NCBI GenBank assembly: GCA_905178155.1
Contig: CAJINV010000001.1
Span: 11,512,753-11,576,752 of the forward strand
Length of the DNA: 64,000 bases
Source of the DNA: Amoebophrya sp. A120
Lineage: Eukaryota; Protista; Dinoflagellata
Direction of reading: 5' to 3'
Shown here: one piece after another, positions 1 through 10,895 of the stretch
Layout of the letters: each line of letters begins with the position of its first letter
Numbering within the stretch: position 1 is the first letter of the stretch
Notes under the pieces: generated by a model
Databases searched by the model: none
Seen by the model: only the letters and a program-made list of their open reading frames with translations
What the model was told of the DNA's origin: nothing
Position numbers and translations under genes: made by a program

Positions 1-300
1 GTTTTGAAGCTTCATGCTTCTCGTGCGTGTTATAGAACGAAAACATCAAGGCACCTAGGTTGCTGCTGCAATCGGGCGAAATGAAACTCGCTCTGTTATG
101 ATGGAGATTTCTTTTTTTTTACATCCTTTCTTTATGTTTGTTGTTCTTCGACCATGATCTTGCATCCGTTCGTCGCTAGATGTAGAAAGATGTAGACGCA
201 GTAGAGGTTGCGCACATAGTTCATTCCAGACGAGTCATCTTCAACATTGATGGTTCATTCGACATGACAGAAGCCACACAATATGAAACGCACCAAAATT

Positions 301-3300
301 TCAGCGAAAGAGCTGGCTCTTCATTTTCAAGATTTGCGACCAGTGCTCTGACGGCGCAATCTGCAGGTAATTGCCGAGGTTGCGTTTCCGGTGCTTGTTA
401 CCGGTTTTTCGGGTCGGAGCTCCCTCCGCATCGGTTTCATCCGTTTCCTCTTCCTCCTCTGACGGGCTCTCATCCTCCACCGCCGCCTCCGCCAGAATTT
501 CTGGCTGCAACCGCAGATCATTGTCCAGAATGGCAGCGAGATCCAGAGACAACTGTGGACCGGGGTTTTTCGCGGTCTTCTGCTGGTTACAGCGCCGAGA
601 AAGGATTTTCAAAAGCTTCTCGCGGTTGAAAGCTTGCGGCTGCACCAGCTCGATGGTGTCATCGATCATGGGTGCCTTCACGTGCTCATCGAGCAAGTGG
701 TCCACGCCGAGCGAAGGACTGGAATTCACCTCGATCAACCAGCACTGCAGGTTCGCATCGAACATCAGATCGTAACCGAAAACTGAAAGGTTTTGGTTTG
801 TTTGTTCGAATCATTTGACTACACAACTTTGGCATACAACACAAGTGGGTCTGCATCCACTTCACAGTGATGTTTTACAGCACCGGAAATGGGTATGGAA
901 AACGACACGACATATGAACAAAATTCCATACTTTCGAAGGCATTCCTGTTCTCCTCCATGTGGTCTTTGGCGACACACAGTGATTTCAGGATGCAGTCCT
1001 GGATCTTGTGCCACACGACGTCCCACTTGATGTGGATGCCCTCGAGGCGGTGTCGCAACGTTTTCAGGTCGATCTTCGTCCCGCCGAGTAGCGTGTCCCG
1101 CGTGCACTTCTGATTGTGCTCGTTCTGCCTCTGGATGCTGGTGTTTGTCAGGTGGATCAGCGTGGACAAATCTTCCAGCGTATACGGAACCGTCGCAAAC
1201 CTCGCAAATCCCTCCTGGTACAGGTACGCGCACAACTCCGGTTGAAACGACGTGACCAGCACGTAGAGGCGCAAGTCCCACTTGTAGCCTTCTAAAAGTA
1301 ACGGGTTCGACACATATTGCTGGATCACGGAGAGCTCGCCGTAACTGACGTCGCCTATGTCATCTAAAACGTAGATGCCTCGACCGCGCGAGCTCTTCGC
1401 TGGCTTCATGATCCAGTAATTGGGCTTCAGCCGCTGTTTCAGCAGCTGTTGCACGGATTTCTTCTCGAAGGGTGCTGCGCTTTTTTCATTTTCCTTCTCC
1501 ACTTCGGCGGTCACTTGGTCCTTGATTTCGCGATTTTTCTCGTCGGTCGCCGCATACGTCTGGCAAAACGCGACGTACTCTTTCGGTAGGATGAAGGTCT
1601 GCGGCATGATGCGAAACGCGTTGGCGGCCTGGTTGCTGGCGCAGGTCTGCTTCGTGTAGCGCTCGATGTTTCGCTTCAGGCGGTCTTTCCTCGTCAAATG
1701 CTTGTTGCCGGGAAAGTGGTTCACCTTTTGCCAGACCAGCAGCTTACTGTAGTCGATCTTCGGCTGCGACCACGTCCAAAGCAGGTTCCACATGAAGTTG
1801 GAGATCGTGGTCCCCAGCCCGTGCTTCAGCTCCTCCCAGTCCTGCTTGCGGTTGAGTGACCGGGTCACGATGTCGTACACCTCCTGGCGGGACTCGATCA
1901 CCTTGTAATACCGCGTGCTGTAGTCGTACTTTAAGCTCTTCGGAATGGAAGGCTTCGCTGAACTTGAATTGTTCCCGCCCTGGTCCGCATTCTGGTTTTG
2001 ATCCTTTTCGAGCCCGCCGAGAAAGACGTCGAGCTGCAGGCTGCGCTGAATTCTGGTTGTCGGAATCCGCGCTTTTGCGCTCTGCAATTTCGCCGCGATA
2101 GTGCTAGAAGTGGACCGGCTGTTGGCATTGCTCCCGTTTTTCTGCTTATTACTCGGCGCAGTTGCTGCGGTGAGCTCGCTGAAATGGTCTCTGTACGCTT
2201 CCTGCAGTTCCCGCATCAGTCGCGGGTAATACTCTTCGTCCTTCGGTGCACGGTAGAAATGCGAAAAAATACCAAAAAAATTGCCGTGGTAGTCCTTCGC
2301 AATCTCACTTGCAGTCGCGGCAGCAACTTGCTCCGGCGTGAGATCAAGCGTGTCCAAACCTCTGCTTGCTGCACCCGCGGCACCACCTGCTCTGGCTGGC
2401 TTACTTTTCTGCTTGCTTGCAGAGGACGTCGATGCGTGGTGCTTTCCACCACTTGGCGGCGGTTCCGCGGGTGGGGACGATTGAACCCCCGTGCTTGGTG
2501 TGGTGGCATTGCGCTGCTGTGGTCTCGTCCCCGGAAGCCCTTTTCCTTCTTTTGTTTCCTCAGGACCAGTTCTTGCGGAATCCGGCGGCGGTGAGGAGTC
2601 AGAAACTTTTTTATTGCCAGCACTATCTGCACTATCTTCCGCTGGACGCGGACTCTTCGACGCTGTTGGAGATGCGGTTCTTTGCGTGTCTTGCTCTTGG
2701 TGCAGTGATGTGCTACTGCATGTTTTTCCACTACTAGTCTCTAGACCAGAGGTAGCGCTCCCTTTTTGAGTTAGTGACTGTGGTGCTTTTGAAGATGCAT
2801 TCCCTTCTTGTGCCTGTTCCGCCGCGGCGTTCCGCGCCTTTTCCTCCTTCAGCATGGCCATAATTCGTGCGCGACGGCTTTTCGGACTTTCTCTGGCCCG
2901 ATCCTGCCACTCCAGTTCGTGGGTCGAGTCTTTGCTGCTTTTCCCCGACACGTTCTCATCGTGGCTCTGATGCCCGCTTCCTGGCATGGTCGCCATTACC
3001 TCGAACAACCGATTGCTGGAGCTGTATTTCCGCAGCAGCGCGTCGCGATCGTCCTTGTGGTCATCCTCTTGGGCCGGCTTTATTTCTACTTGCATCTTAA
3101 TCGAGGACTCCGCCAACAGTTCGGTTCTTTCCCCGGTGTTGGGATGAACGTCTTCAACAGTTTCCTCTCCACAAGGTTTTGCATCTTCAACGCTTGCTTT
3201 TTCCTCGCCGTGTTTACTCGATTCTTCTTCAGCACTGTTGGCACGGTCGACATGCTGCGGCACATGTTCTCTTTCATTTTCTACAGCTTGGTCGACGTTC

Positions 3301-5456
3301 AGATGAACCACACCAGTTTCATTCCGATGACCGACATCGATGTCGGGTGGAACCCGCTCCGTGGTGCCCTCATCGTTAACTACGGTGCCTGTGGTTGCAC
3401 TAGACTCGTCCTCGCCTTCTTCCATGGTCGGATCGCAAGTGTCAGTCATGTCCTCTGCTGCTGTAGAATACATCACTTCCTCCTCCTTCAAGGTTTCCGG
3501 ATCGGGCAAAAGTTCGTCTTCTTCATCTTGTCCACCGAGCGTGGCGGCGGCGTCGTCGTAGTAGGTCATGCCTTTTGTCTCGTCTGCTTCCTGGTCTGCT
3601 TCCTCGCCCATTTTCTGTCCATCCGCCGAAAAAGAACTTGCAGGCACATCACCGACTCCTTGTTCTTCTAGGGCCGCCCCTTCGCTGTCTCCTCTCGCAT
3701 CAGCTGGAGGTCCTTCGTTTTGCATTTTCTGTGCGGCTGCTTTATCATTTTCGAGCGCTGTTAGCGATTCTAGATCTTCTTTTCCGGTTGTTTCCGATGA
3801 TGCAGCATCTCGCTTCGTCGGCGCGATGGAAACTTCGTGCTGCGTCGTGGACGAAAGCAAAGAAGAACGACCGCGCGGACGAGCCGGAGGTTCTTTTGAA
3901 CCTGCTCGTTTCGTTAGGTGCTGCTCAGCTATTGTGATGTTGCTTCTGGTCCGATTCGTGGCCTTTGCGTCCGCTGGATTGTTTCCCTGCGCGAAAGCAG
4001 AAGAGCCGGTACCACCGTGCGCTGAATTTGCGGCCGCAGGCCCCGGTGGTTTGCCACCTCGCGCGGCCGTAACAGTTCCTACAGCCCGGCCTGTGACACC
4101 CGCAGTGGCGGCTCCCTTCTTCCCACGGCACTTTGAAGATGCTGGCACACCACCTCCAGTCGTGGCTGCAGAGTTGCCCTTGCCTGATGTCCCCGCACTG
4201 CTGGAATTGGTCATGCGAGTCGAGGAAACTGGTGCCGGGTCGATTTCTGCTAGAATCGCGCCCTTCTTCATTCCTTTCCCCGCTTTCCCGGCAGTGCCAC
4301 CTCCTGTCGTCGCGGGAGAGGCCATTGCGACCGGTCTTTTTTTCAGGTTGGTGGGCTGCTGTACCGAACTACTTGCGATGACGAAACCAGCGCCAGCGGC
4401 GCCGCCGGGCACCGGCGTCGGTCGGAACGGTTGAGCACCTTTCCCCTTTCCTTTACCCAACTTGCCCTTATGATTCGCAGGATGGACTGGGGGGCCCTCG
4501 ACCGTCGCAGTCCCAATTTTCTCTATTTGCGCCGCCGCAGGCGGAGATTTTATTTCCCCTTTCGCTTTCCTTGCTTTCGGAGACACGGAATGCTCCGCAC
4601 CTCCTGTTGGCGACCATGCATCGCCCAGCCGCGGCGAACTTGCCTGTCCAGGGCTGCCGGGCAGTGGCGGAAGCGTAGTTTGCTCTTCCCTGCGTCGCGG
4701 CTTGTTGCGCGAAGACTCTGGGTAGAGCGAGGACGTGGACACAAAAGATCGTACCACCGGCCGCTCCACCGCGAGGTGTTCCCCATTTTGGTGTGACGGA
4801 CTCGAACTTGAAACTTCGTCAAAACTGATGCTGCGTTTCGTCACCGGAAACGGTTCTGCGATTGTATGAGGATGCTGAGCTACTTGAGCATTTGTTGCAT
4901 GCGACGATCCACTACCGTCGACGAGAATACCCGGGCTATCTGCTCGCCCCTGCAAGGCATTTTGCAACTCCTCTCCGAGCCGCCTTTCTTCGAGCTCGAT
5001 TTCGATTTGCCGTTTCAGCCGAAGTCTGTGTTCGTTCTGGTCGTCCGGTACAATCTGCGCCAGAAGTTCGCGTATCAACTGTAAAAATGTCATCTGGGTC
5101 TGGAAGGTCACAACCTGTGATGCTGTCTGTGGATTCTATAAAAAATTTGCATTGCATGACCAGCAAGAGGGGTCGGGTTTATCCTACGCGGAGAGGGCAT
5201 TTCTCATGCGGTAGAGGTATCACAAAGCCCTCTCAAAATCTAATCTGTGATGCTGCGGCATGCATTACAGCCATCATGGCTCATGGAAAATATGCACGAC
5301 AAATGAAATCTTCCAGACCCGGACATTTTTGCATGTGATATCACGCAGCTCCGTCGTGGTTTGATCGTAGATGTCAACGTCGCAGACCTGATCCTCATCA
5401 TCGCTCTCGTCGTCGTCTTCGACAATCTCCCGCACGGGCCGGTAGGCCGTTGTCAT
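301..5456 (-). CDS. Tubulin-tyrosine ligase-like (TTLL) polyglutamylase with a long low-complexity N-terminus; 3 exons (5456-5345, 5071-932, 782-301)
   Basis: TTL motifs VNHFPG, WIMKPAKSSRGRGI, QQYVSNPLLLEGYKWDLRLYVLVTS, YQEGFARFAT, HLTNTSIQ. GT-AG intron 783-931 restores AFE-IFGYDLMFD...WLIEVNSSPSL. Removing the TIR element plus one TSD joins ...TTTELR to ELLAQ in frame. The start codon is tentative. Confidence 0.88.
5073..5340. mobile_element. TIR element/introner copy 1 (268 bp) in the TTLL 5' coding region
   Basis: Ends tatcaactgtaaaaatgtcatctgggtctggaag ... cttccagacccggacatttttgcatgtgata; flanks tcgcg (5068-5072) and tcacg (5341-5345) form a 5-bp TSD with 1 mismatch; in-frame stop inside; TIRs shared with copies at 17953 and 38074 but the interior differs. 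Confidence 0.85.
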
Positions 5457-6096
5457 GTTGGCCACGAGGAAAGCCAACGCGAGGACCTGCTACAAGAACT
5501 GCAGCTTCACAAATCACAGGGCGCGCAATAGTAAACTGTGGAAAACAATGCCGACATGCAGATATGAGGGCAATTCCAGATCCAGTTGTGTATGTTGCTT
5601 TCGTTTCGTTCCTTCCATGTGGTATCCCTAAACCCGAGCGGCCCGTTGGACCGCGCCGTTGGGGCTGGGTAAAGCGTCCTGGGCCTACCTCCCAAAACCG
5701 AGGCCCAGCACGCCTCACCACCACCTTGCCAAACAGGGCAAGACCCCTCAGAACCCCACAGCAGGTGGTTGAATGAGGGGAGACCCAGCCCCGCCCCAAT
5801 TGCCCTCGGCAAGGCCCTACGCCGAAGTGGAACAAACGAAATCCCAAAGCGAGGGACAAGTAGACACGGGAAGAAACCCAAACAAAACCGCCAGTGGTAG
5901 AAGTGGGAACACTGTTTTCTGAGTGGGATCACATGACAAGCCTGGGCCCGCGAAGCAGTAAATCGCATACCCAAAGGTGGAAAATGTATTTGAAGAAGAG
6001 ACGTCATACCGTCCAGAAACATCTGCACACTGAGTCCACAGGCGGATCTCAAAACAAAAGGGTACAGGGCAAGCGCAAAAAACATCGCGGAGTGGC

Positions 6097-8427
6097 TCAA
6101 ACTTGAGCCAGCAACTCCTCAGCCGGAATAGAATCCAGCAGCTCACAAGGATCTTCAAGCGGGGTCGCCACCGTGGTCAGGAACCTCTGAATCTCATCCC
6201 CCAAAGCGACACAGGAATGAAGCTGCACCCTAGCCACCCGACAGAACTGCGCCCAAAGTGCATCGCGGGTAGTCGCGTCAGCAACATTTTCCCCGGAGGG
6301 GAGCCACTCGAAGTACGGCACTATGGCAAAACGGGCACACAAACTCCAAAATAAAGCCGCTACCACCGACAGGTGAGCGCGCTCGCCCGATCGACTCCGC
6401 AAAACCCCCACCGCAGTGGTGTTGTCCAGAAAGAATACGACCCGCTTGTGCGACAAGGTCGGGCCCCAGAGCATCAACAGAATGACCGGTGTAAAACTCT
6501 CCAACACGTTGATCGGGAAAGACCCCCAAGAGGCGGATGGAAAATTATCCGCCCGCGAGACCGGGTGGCGGAACGCCTGGAAGGCACCCTCCTGCAGAAG
6601 ACGGACCCCGCCGAGAATACCTCGCCCCCGCTTCCAACTCGCGTCCGAGTAGCACACCTCCACCGGGAGGCCCACTCGTAAGAAGGAAATCGGAGGAAGG
6701 ACCGGGAGGCAGGCCGCCATGAAGCGTAAGCTCGCCGCACAACCGGAACCCAAGGGAAGGCAGGTGGCGCGAGAATGAAACAAACCTCCACGCCGAAAGA
6801 CCGGCTTCAGCAAGCCATTTAGACGCCGGCCCACCAGCAGTGAGAAGGGGAAAAGGAACTTCCCGGAAAGGGTGGAAGCCCGCGCGGGACTGAGCTCCCC
6901 CGCCCCCAAGACTTCAACCAGGGCCGCCCGAAGGGTGGCGCGCTTCACTTCCGACAACTGCATCGTGGGAGGCGATTGCGACACGTCAAAATCCAAGCCC
7001 AAAACCCGCAAAGCGGTGCGCCCCCACTTGACCTTCTTCGGCTTCCAAGGAAAACCCAAAACCTCCAACATGTACACAATGGCGCGCATCAGGAGACGGC
7101 GAACCCTGCGGGGCGCCGTGCCGGTCATATCATCTATATAGATGATCAAGGCCACGCAGAAAAGCCACCGAACGCAGAAGGCCAGAAACTGCCCAACAAT
7201 CAACCACTCCGTAACGGAGTGAATGTTCCCAAACAGGAGCGTGAGGCCGCGGAAGGCTTTGTAGGCCTTCGCCTTGGGGTCGAAAACCCCGATCCAGTTC
7301 GTCGCGCTCCCCGCCTTCGAAATGCTTACATTCTTGTAAGCGTTGGCAATGTCGATAACCCACTGGCAGAGCCCCGCACCCTCAGGGTCCGCACCATCCT
7401 CCGCTGCGTCGAAGTTCGGTATGTGGTCCAAAGCCGCCCAAGCAACCTCCCGCCAGCCCGGGTCGGACGGGCGGGCATCCGGGAAAGGATCAAAATCATA
7501 CTCTTCACAGGCCAGGGGGTCTGCCCGGTTGCCCCCTTGGTCAAACACCCGCAAATCCCGCCAGAAGTCAACCCGCGGCGGGCCGCCTTCTTCTAGTAAA
7601 ATCGCCGAGCTCGAAGCAAGGGCGAGAGCATGATGAACCGACGGAATCGGCATCGACGACGAGATGTCGGAGCAAACATTCAAAGGCACACCATTGTCGC
7701 AGAGGCGGATCTTGTCCGCCTCATGGTGTGCAAAACGAGTCAGAAGGATGCGCGCCCCCTTTTCCCAAGCTTCGTCCAGGGTAAAAGGACCCTGGAGCCA
7801 GCCGTCCTCGGTTTCTTGGATTGTAGTATCCCAGCAGTGCTTGACATCTTCACCCGGCATCCACGATGAGCTGCGCTGCCGCAGGCGCGAAATATTTTCC
7901 GCACCCTCAACCGAGGCTGCTAGGTCCCCCGAACCGGAGCCGGTAGTTGGGGCCGGGGGCAAACGTCCACCCTCCGACGCCTTCATGAGTTTCGACGGCC
8001 AAAAGTCTTGAGCCGCAGTGGGGCCGACCGATTCCCCCCCGGAAGCTAAAACCCGCCATACATGCGAGAAACCCGAAAAAGCAGACTCTCTGCCAATCTT
8101 CTCAATAACCCCGAAGTTGAACTTCGACCGGATTGGCCTGGTATCCTTCCAACCACCTGCCAAGACCTGCTCCGAGCGAGAGACGGTCGCTGGGTCCGCC
8201 CGGGCACAGGCCAGCCAGTAAACGCCCGCCAGAATCCGGTCCGAGAAATCCCCAAAGGACGAGCTGTGGCCTTCGCGCAGGCACTGTTCGTTGTGCCGCG
8301 AGATCAGTCGCCGACCCGAAAAGGCCGGGTGGCTCCTGTCCTGCGACAAACCTGGTAGAAACCTGTCCCGGTCCCGCTGGACCCGAGAGAGAAAGGCAGA
8401 AACCTTGTCAGCCGGCGAGGACTCCAT
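6097..8427 (-). CDS. Reverse transcriptase-RNase H of the YR retrotransposon (776 aa)
   Basis: RT: GWLQGPF, KIRLCDN, IDIANAYKNV, LLFGN, IYIDD, LGFPWKPKK, VLGL. RNase H: CYSDAS, INVLES, FFLDNTT, NVADATTR. Confidence 0.92.
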   Translation of the reverse strand: MESSPADKVSAFLSRVQRDRDRFLPGLSQDRSHPAFSGRRLISRHNEQCLREGHSSSFGDFSDRILAGVYWLACARADPATVSRSEQVLAGGWKDTRPIRSKFNFGVIEKIGRESAFSGFSHVWRVLASGGESVGPTAAQDFWPSKLMKASEGGRLPPAPTTGSGSGDLAASVEGAENISRLRQRSSSWMPGEDVKHCWDTTIQETEDGWLQGPFTLDEAWEKGARILLTRFAHHEADKIRLCDNGVPLNVCSDISSSMPIPSVHHALALASSSAILLEEGGPPRVDFWRDLRVFDQGGNRADPLACEEYDFDPFPDARPSDPGWREVAWAALDHIPNFDAAEDGADPEGAGLCQWVIDIANAYKNVSISKAGSATNWIGVFDPKAKAYKAFRGLTLLFGNIHSVTEWLIVGQFLAFCVRWLFCVALIIYIDDMTGTAPRRVRRLLMRAIVYMLEVLGFPWKPKKVKWGRTALRVLGLDFDVSQSPPTMQLSEVKRATLRAALVEVLGAGELSPARASTLSGKFLFPFSLLVGRRLNGLLKPVFRRGGLFHSRATCLPLGSGCAASLRFMAACLPVLPPISFLRVGLPVEVCYSDASWKRGRGILGGVRLLQEGAFQAFRHPVSRADNFPSASWGSFPINVLESFTPVILLMLWGPTLSHKRVVFFLDNTTAVGVLRSRSGERAHLSVVAALFWSLCARFAIVPYFEWLPSGENVADATTRDALWAQFCRVARVQLHSCVALGDEIQRFLTTVATPLEDPCELLDSIPAEELLAQV

Positions 8428-9266
8428 TCTGATGCTGCACTACGCTGGCGAGCGCGACTCTGTGAAACGGAAGTAAAATTCTCCCTCAAAGGAAAAAGGC
8501 GAAACCGTCGCTCGCGACGGTTCCACAGTAGAGTGTGGGGGGTGGGCCCAGATAGCACCCACACCCTGTGGTGTAAGCGACAAGAGAAAAACCACCAGAA
8601 TGTGAAAAACAAGAAAAGCGAGTGTACTAAGTAGCCAACCTGGGCGCGGTCTCGTGTCAGCACGGGAACTGAGGGGTGAGAAGAGCATGAGCATAACGAT
8701 CACAAAGTACCGCGCCGCCAAGGAGGTGAGTTTGCAAGGGTAACGGATTGGTTACCGCCAGTGCCAAACAACCCTCATCCCCGTGGCAACACGAGACCGA
8801 CCGCTGAGCATGTCTATGCTACACAATGAAAGACAACCCACGGGGGGTGAAGAGCCACTCTCCTCTCGACCGAAGGTTAACAGCTCACAAACACCTCGTG
8901 AGCACAACTACCACTCCGATCTCGGAATCTAACCGGCATCTACACCTAATCAACAGAGACGGAATGCAGGGAGCAATGTAGACCGAGGGCAACAAAGGGA
9001 ACACCCCGCGAGCCTGGCCACGCCAGACCGCGAAATAAGTACCAGGCCAAGGGGGCCCGGAACGTTTCTAATTTCCACTCACAACAATCACACTCACATC
9101 TTGTTCTCACAACAGAGCAAAGCTTTCGCTAGGAGCTAAAATCCAAGAGCAACCAGGCCAGCATGGATTTGTTCATGTAGGAGTAGTAAAAAGCAACACG
9201 CCGACGGACCCACTTGGCCGAAGGCGAGGGCCAACCTCTAAAACTAAACTGCACATGCTGCAGTGC

Positions 9267-10409
9267 CTACTTCGGAGGCGCTTGCGCGTCCCCTCTCAAA
9301 TCTTTTATCACAAAGGGAGACCGCAACACGTGCGGGAATCTGCAGCTGCTTCCGCGATTACAGCGGCCACGAAGAAAGTCGTGGCAAACAATCCCCACGT
9401 TGGAAGTAGTAGCCAAAATTTCTTCACCTCTCACCGGATCCCAGACCTTAGGGATTCCGGAGGAAGAAGCACGCCCGGGCGGGGCAGGACCCGGACCCGG
9501 GGGACGTGGAGCGAGTTGTTTAGGCGGTGCCGGGATCTGTAAAGAGCGAATCTGCCCAACGACACGGGCCCCGAAGCCCTGTGTGCCCCCGCGCACTTCG
9601 CCGTTCAGGATATCGCGGTACTGAGCCGGATCCAGCCGGCGCGACTCCCCCAGGGCAGTCAAATCATGAAACTCCGCCTCTGAAACCAGGTCGGAGTTCC
9701 GGAGCACTTTATGTGTGTTGCGAATCAGCATAACGTTAGTGGTAGGCGACCCCTTTTCGGCTTTGTAGTAGGACGCCAGATCCTCGAGCGGCAACCTAGC
9801 ATCAATCTTCGCTCGTACCCCGTAAGCCTGTTCAGTGAAATGGTCTGCAAAGAAAATCCCGAAGCGAGTCGTCTGCGCGGTTCTATGTTTAGGCGCGGAC
9901 GACAAAATCATCTTCACTTCGGCCCGCTCCGAAGCATTGAGGGCCTTGATGCCCTTAAGCGCCTTGATCTCCACGCTACTGCAGATGTGGAGCGACCTAA
10001 CACCGTTGTAGTCCAGCACAGCTCGTGCCAGGCTCTCCGCGGGCACATCTACCGAGGACAGCGAATCAAGTGGGGAAGGCTCCCGCTGGTGCGCTAATAA
10101 TTCGGATCGCGAGATCCCAAAGGCCTCGACCTCACTGTCACTAAAATCTTGCACGGCCTTCCGCTTCTTCACCGGGGGCGGGCCCTTGCGGGCCGGACCC
10201 GCCTCGCCCTCTTCCTCCGCGAGAAGAGCAGCGCAAATCTCATCTTCTTCAACTTCGGGGGCCGCCATCGGCGGGGCTTTCACTTTCGCAAACGGTTTAG
10301 CGACCGCCTTAACCGCTTTCGCCTTGTGGGGCGGCGCCTTCCCCTTGGGCTTGGCCGGAGCTTTAGCTTTGGCCGGGTGCTTCGCCTTTGCTTTTGCTTT
10401 CGCGGGCAT
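9267..10409 (-). CDS. Gag-like nucleic-acid-binding protein with Lys/Ala/Pro-rich N-terminus and C-terminal CCCH zinc finger
   Basis: MPAKAKAKAKHPAKAKAPAK start; CHDFLRGRCNRGSSCRFPH is C-x7-C-x5-C-x3-H; lies between YR and RT. The Gag assignment is inferred from context. Confidence 0.7.
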   Translation of the reverse strand: MPAKAKAKAKHPAKAKAPAKPKGKAPPHKAKAVKAVAKPFAKVKAPPMAAPEVEEDEICAALLAEEEGEAGPARKGPPPVKKRKAVQDFSDSEVEAFGISRSELLAHQREPSPLDSLSSVDVPAESLARAVLDYNGVRSLHICSSVEIKALKGIKALNASERAEVKMILSSAPKHRTAQTTRFGIFFADHFTEQAYGVRAKIDARLPLEDLASYYKAEKGSPTTNVMLIRNTHKVLRNSDLVSEAEFHDLTALGESRRLDPAQYRDILNGEVRGGTQGFGARVVGQIRSLQIPAPPKQLAPRPPGPGPAPPGRASSSGIPKVWDPVRGEEILATTSNVGIVCHDFLRGRCNRGSSCRFPHVLRSPFVIKDLRGDAQAPPK

Positions 10410-10895
10410 CTTGTATCTGAACCTAAAAGCGATGCTCAATGTGAGTGTGAATGTGAACTAAGTGGCAAGATACACTTGCTCGTATCTAACGTGGTCCCCT
10501 GTACGTGGAAAATAAGCGAGAAGAAACCGGTCTGAACCCAAAGTGGGAGGGGGGGGGAGGGCCCAGATCCCATTTACAAGCAGCGTCTCCTGCTGCGATC
10601 AAAGATTTTCCCATACCGACCTAAACATACTCAACCACTCGCATTTCGTATCTGTCAAGAAAAATCGGGCTAGCCCTGGGCTCAAGATCTGACAGATTTT
10701 AGATTTGGGACCAACAAATTTATGTAGCAACAATTTCCGAGCGACTCGTGCACGAAATAGAACAGACCGCCACTGGACAAAAGTGAAGCAAATATATTTC
10801 TGCGCTATGCGGACTCTGGTTTTTTAGAAAACGATTTGGAAGTTTCCAGCTGTGCAGTGCCTGTAGCTCGAGCTGAAACATAATGCACCAGGCGT

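Noticed and set aside
5530-5590. Loose similarity to 12570-12605 (aaactgt…atatgag…aattc…gatc) suggesting a duplicated target site
   Set aside because: Too gapped and AT-rich to support by eye; needs an empty-site comparison
6101-6110. TGGCTCAAG on the minus strand (and ttttggctct at ~46231) resembling the dinoflagellate spliced-leader 3' end
   Set aside because: Only 9-10 nt match, one inside a CDS end and the other on the non-coding strand; no SL-RNA context
9088-10450. 12-bp inverted repeat tcacactcacat/atgtgagtgtga flanking gag
   Set aside because: Low complexity and short enough to arise by chance; no extension
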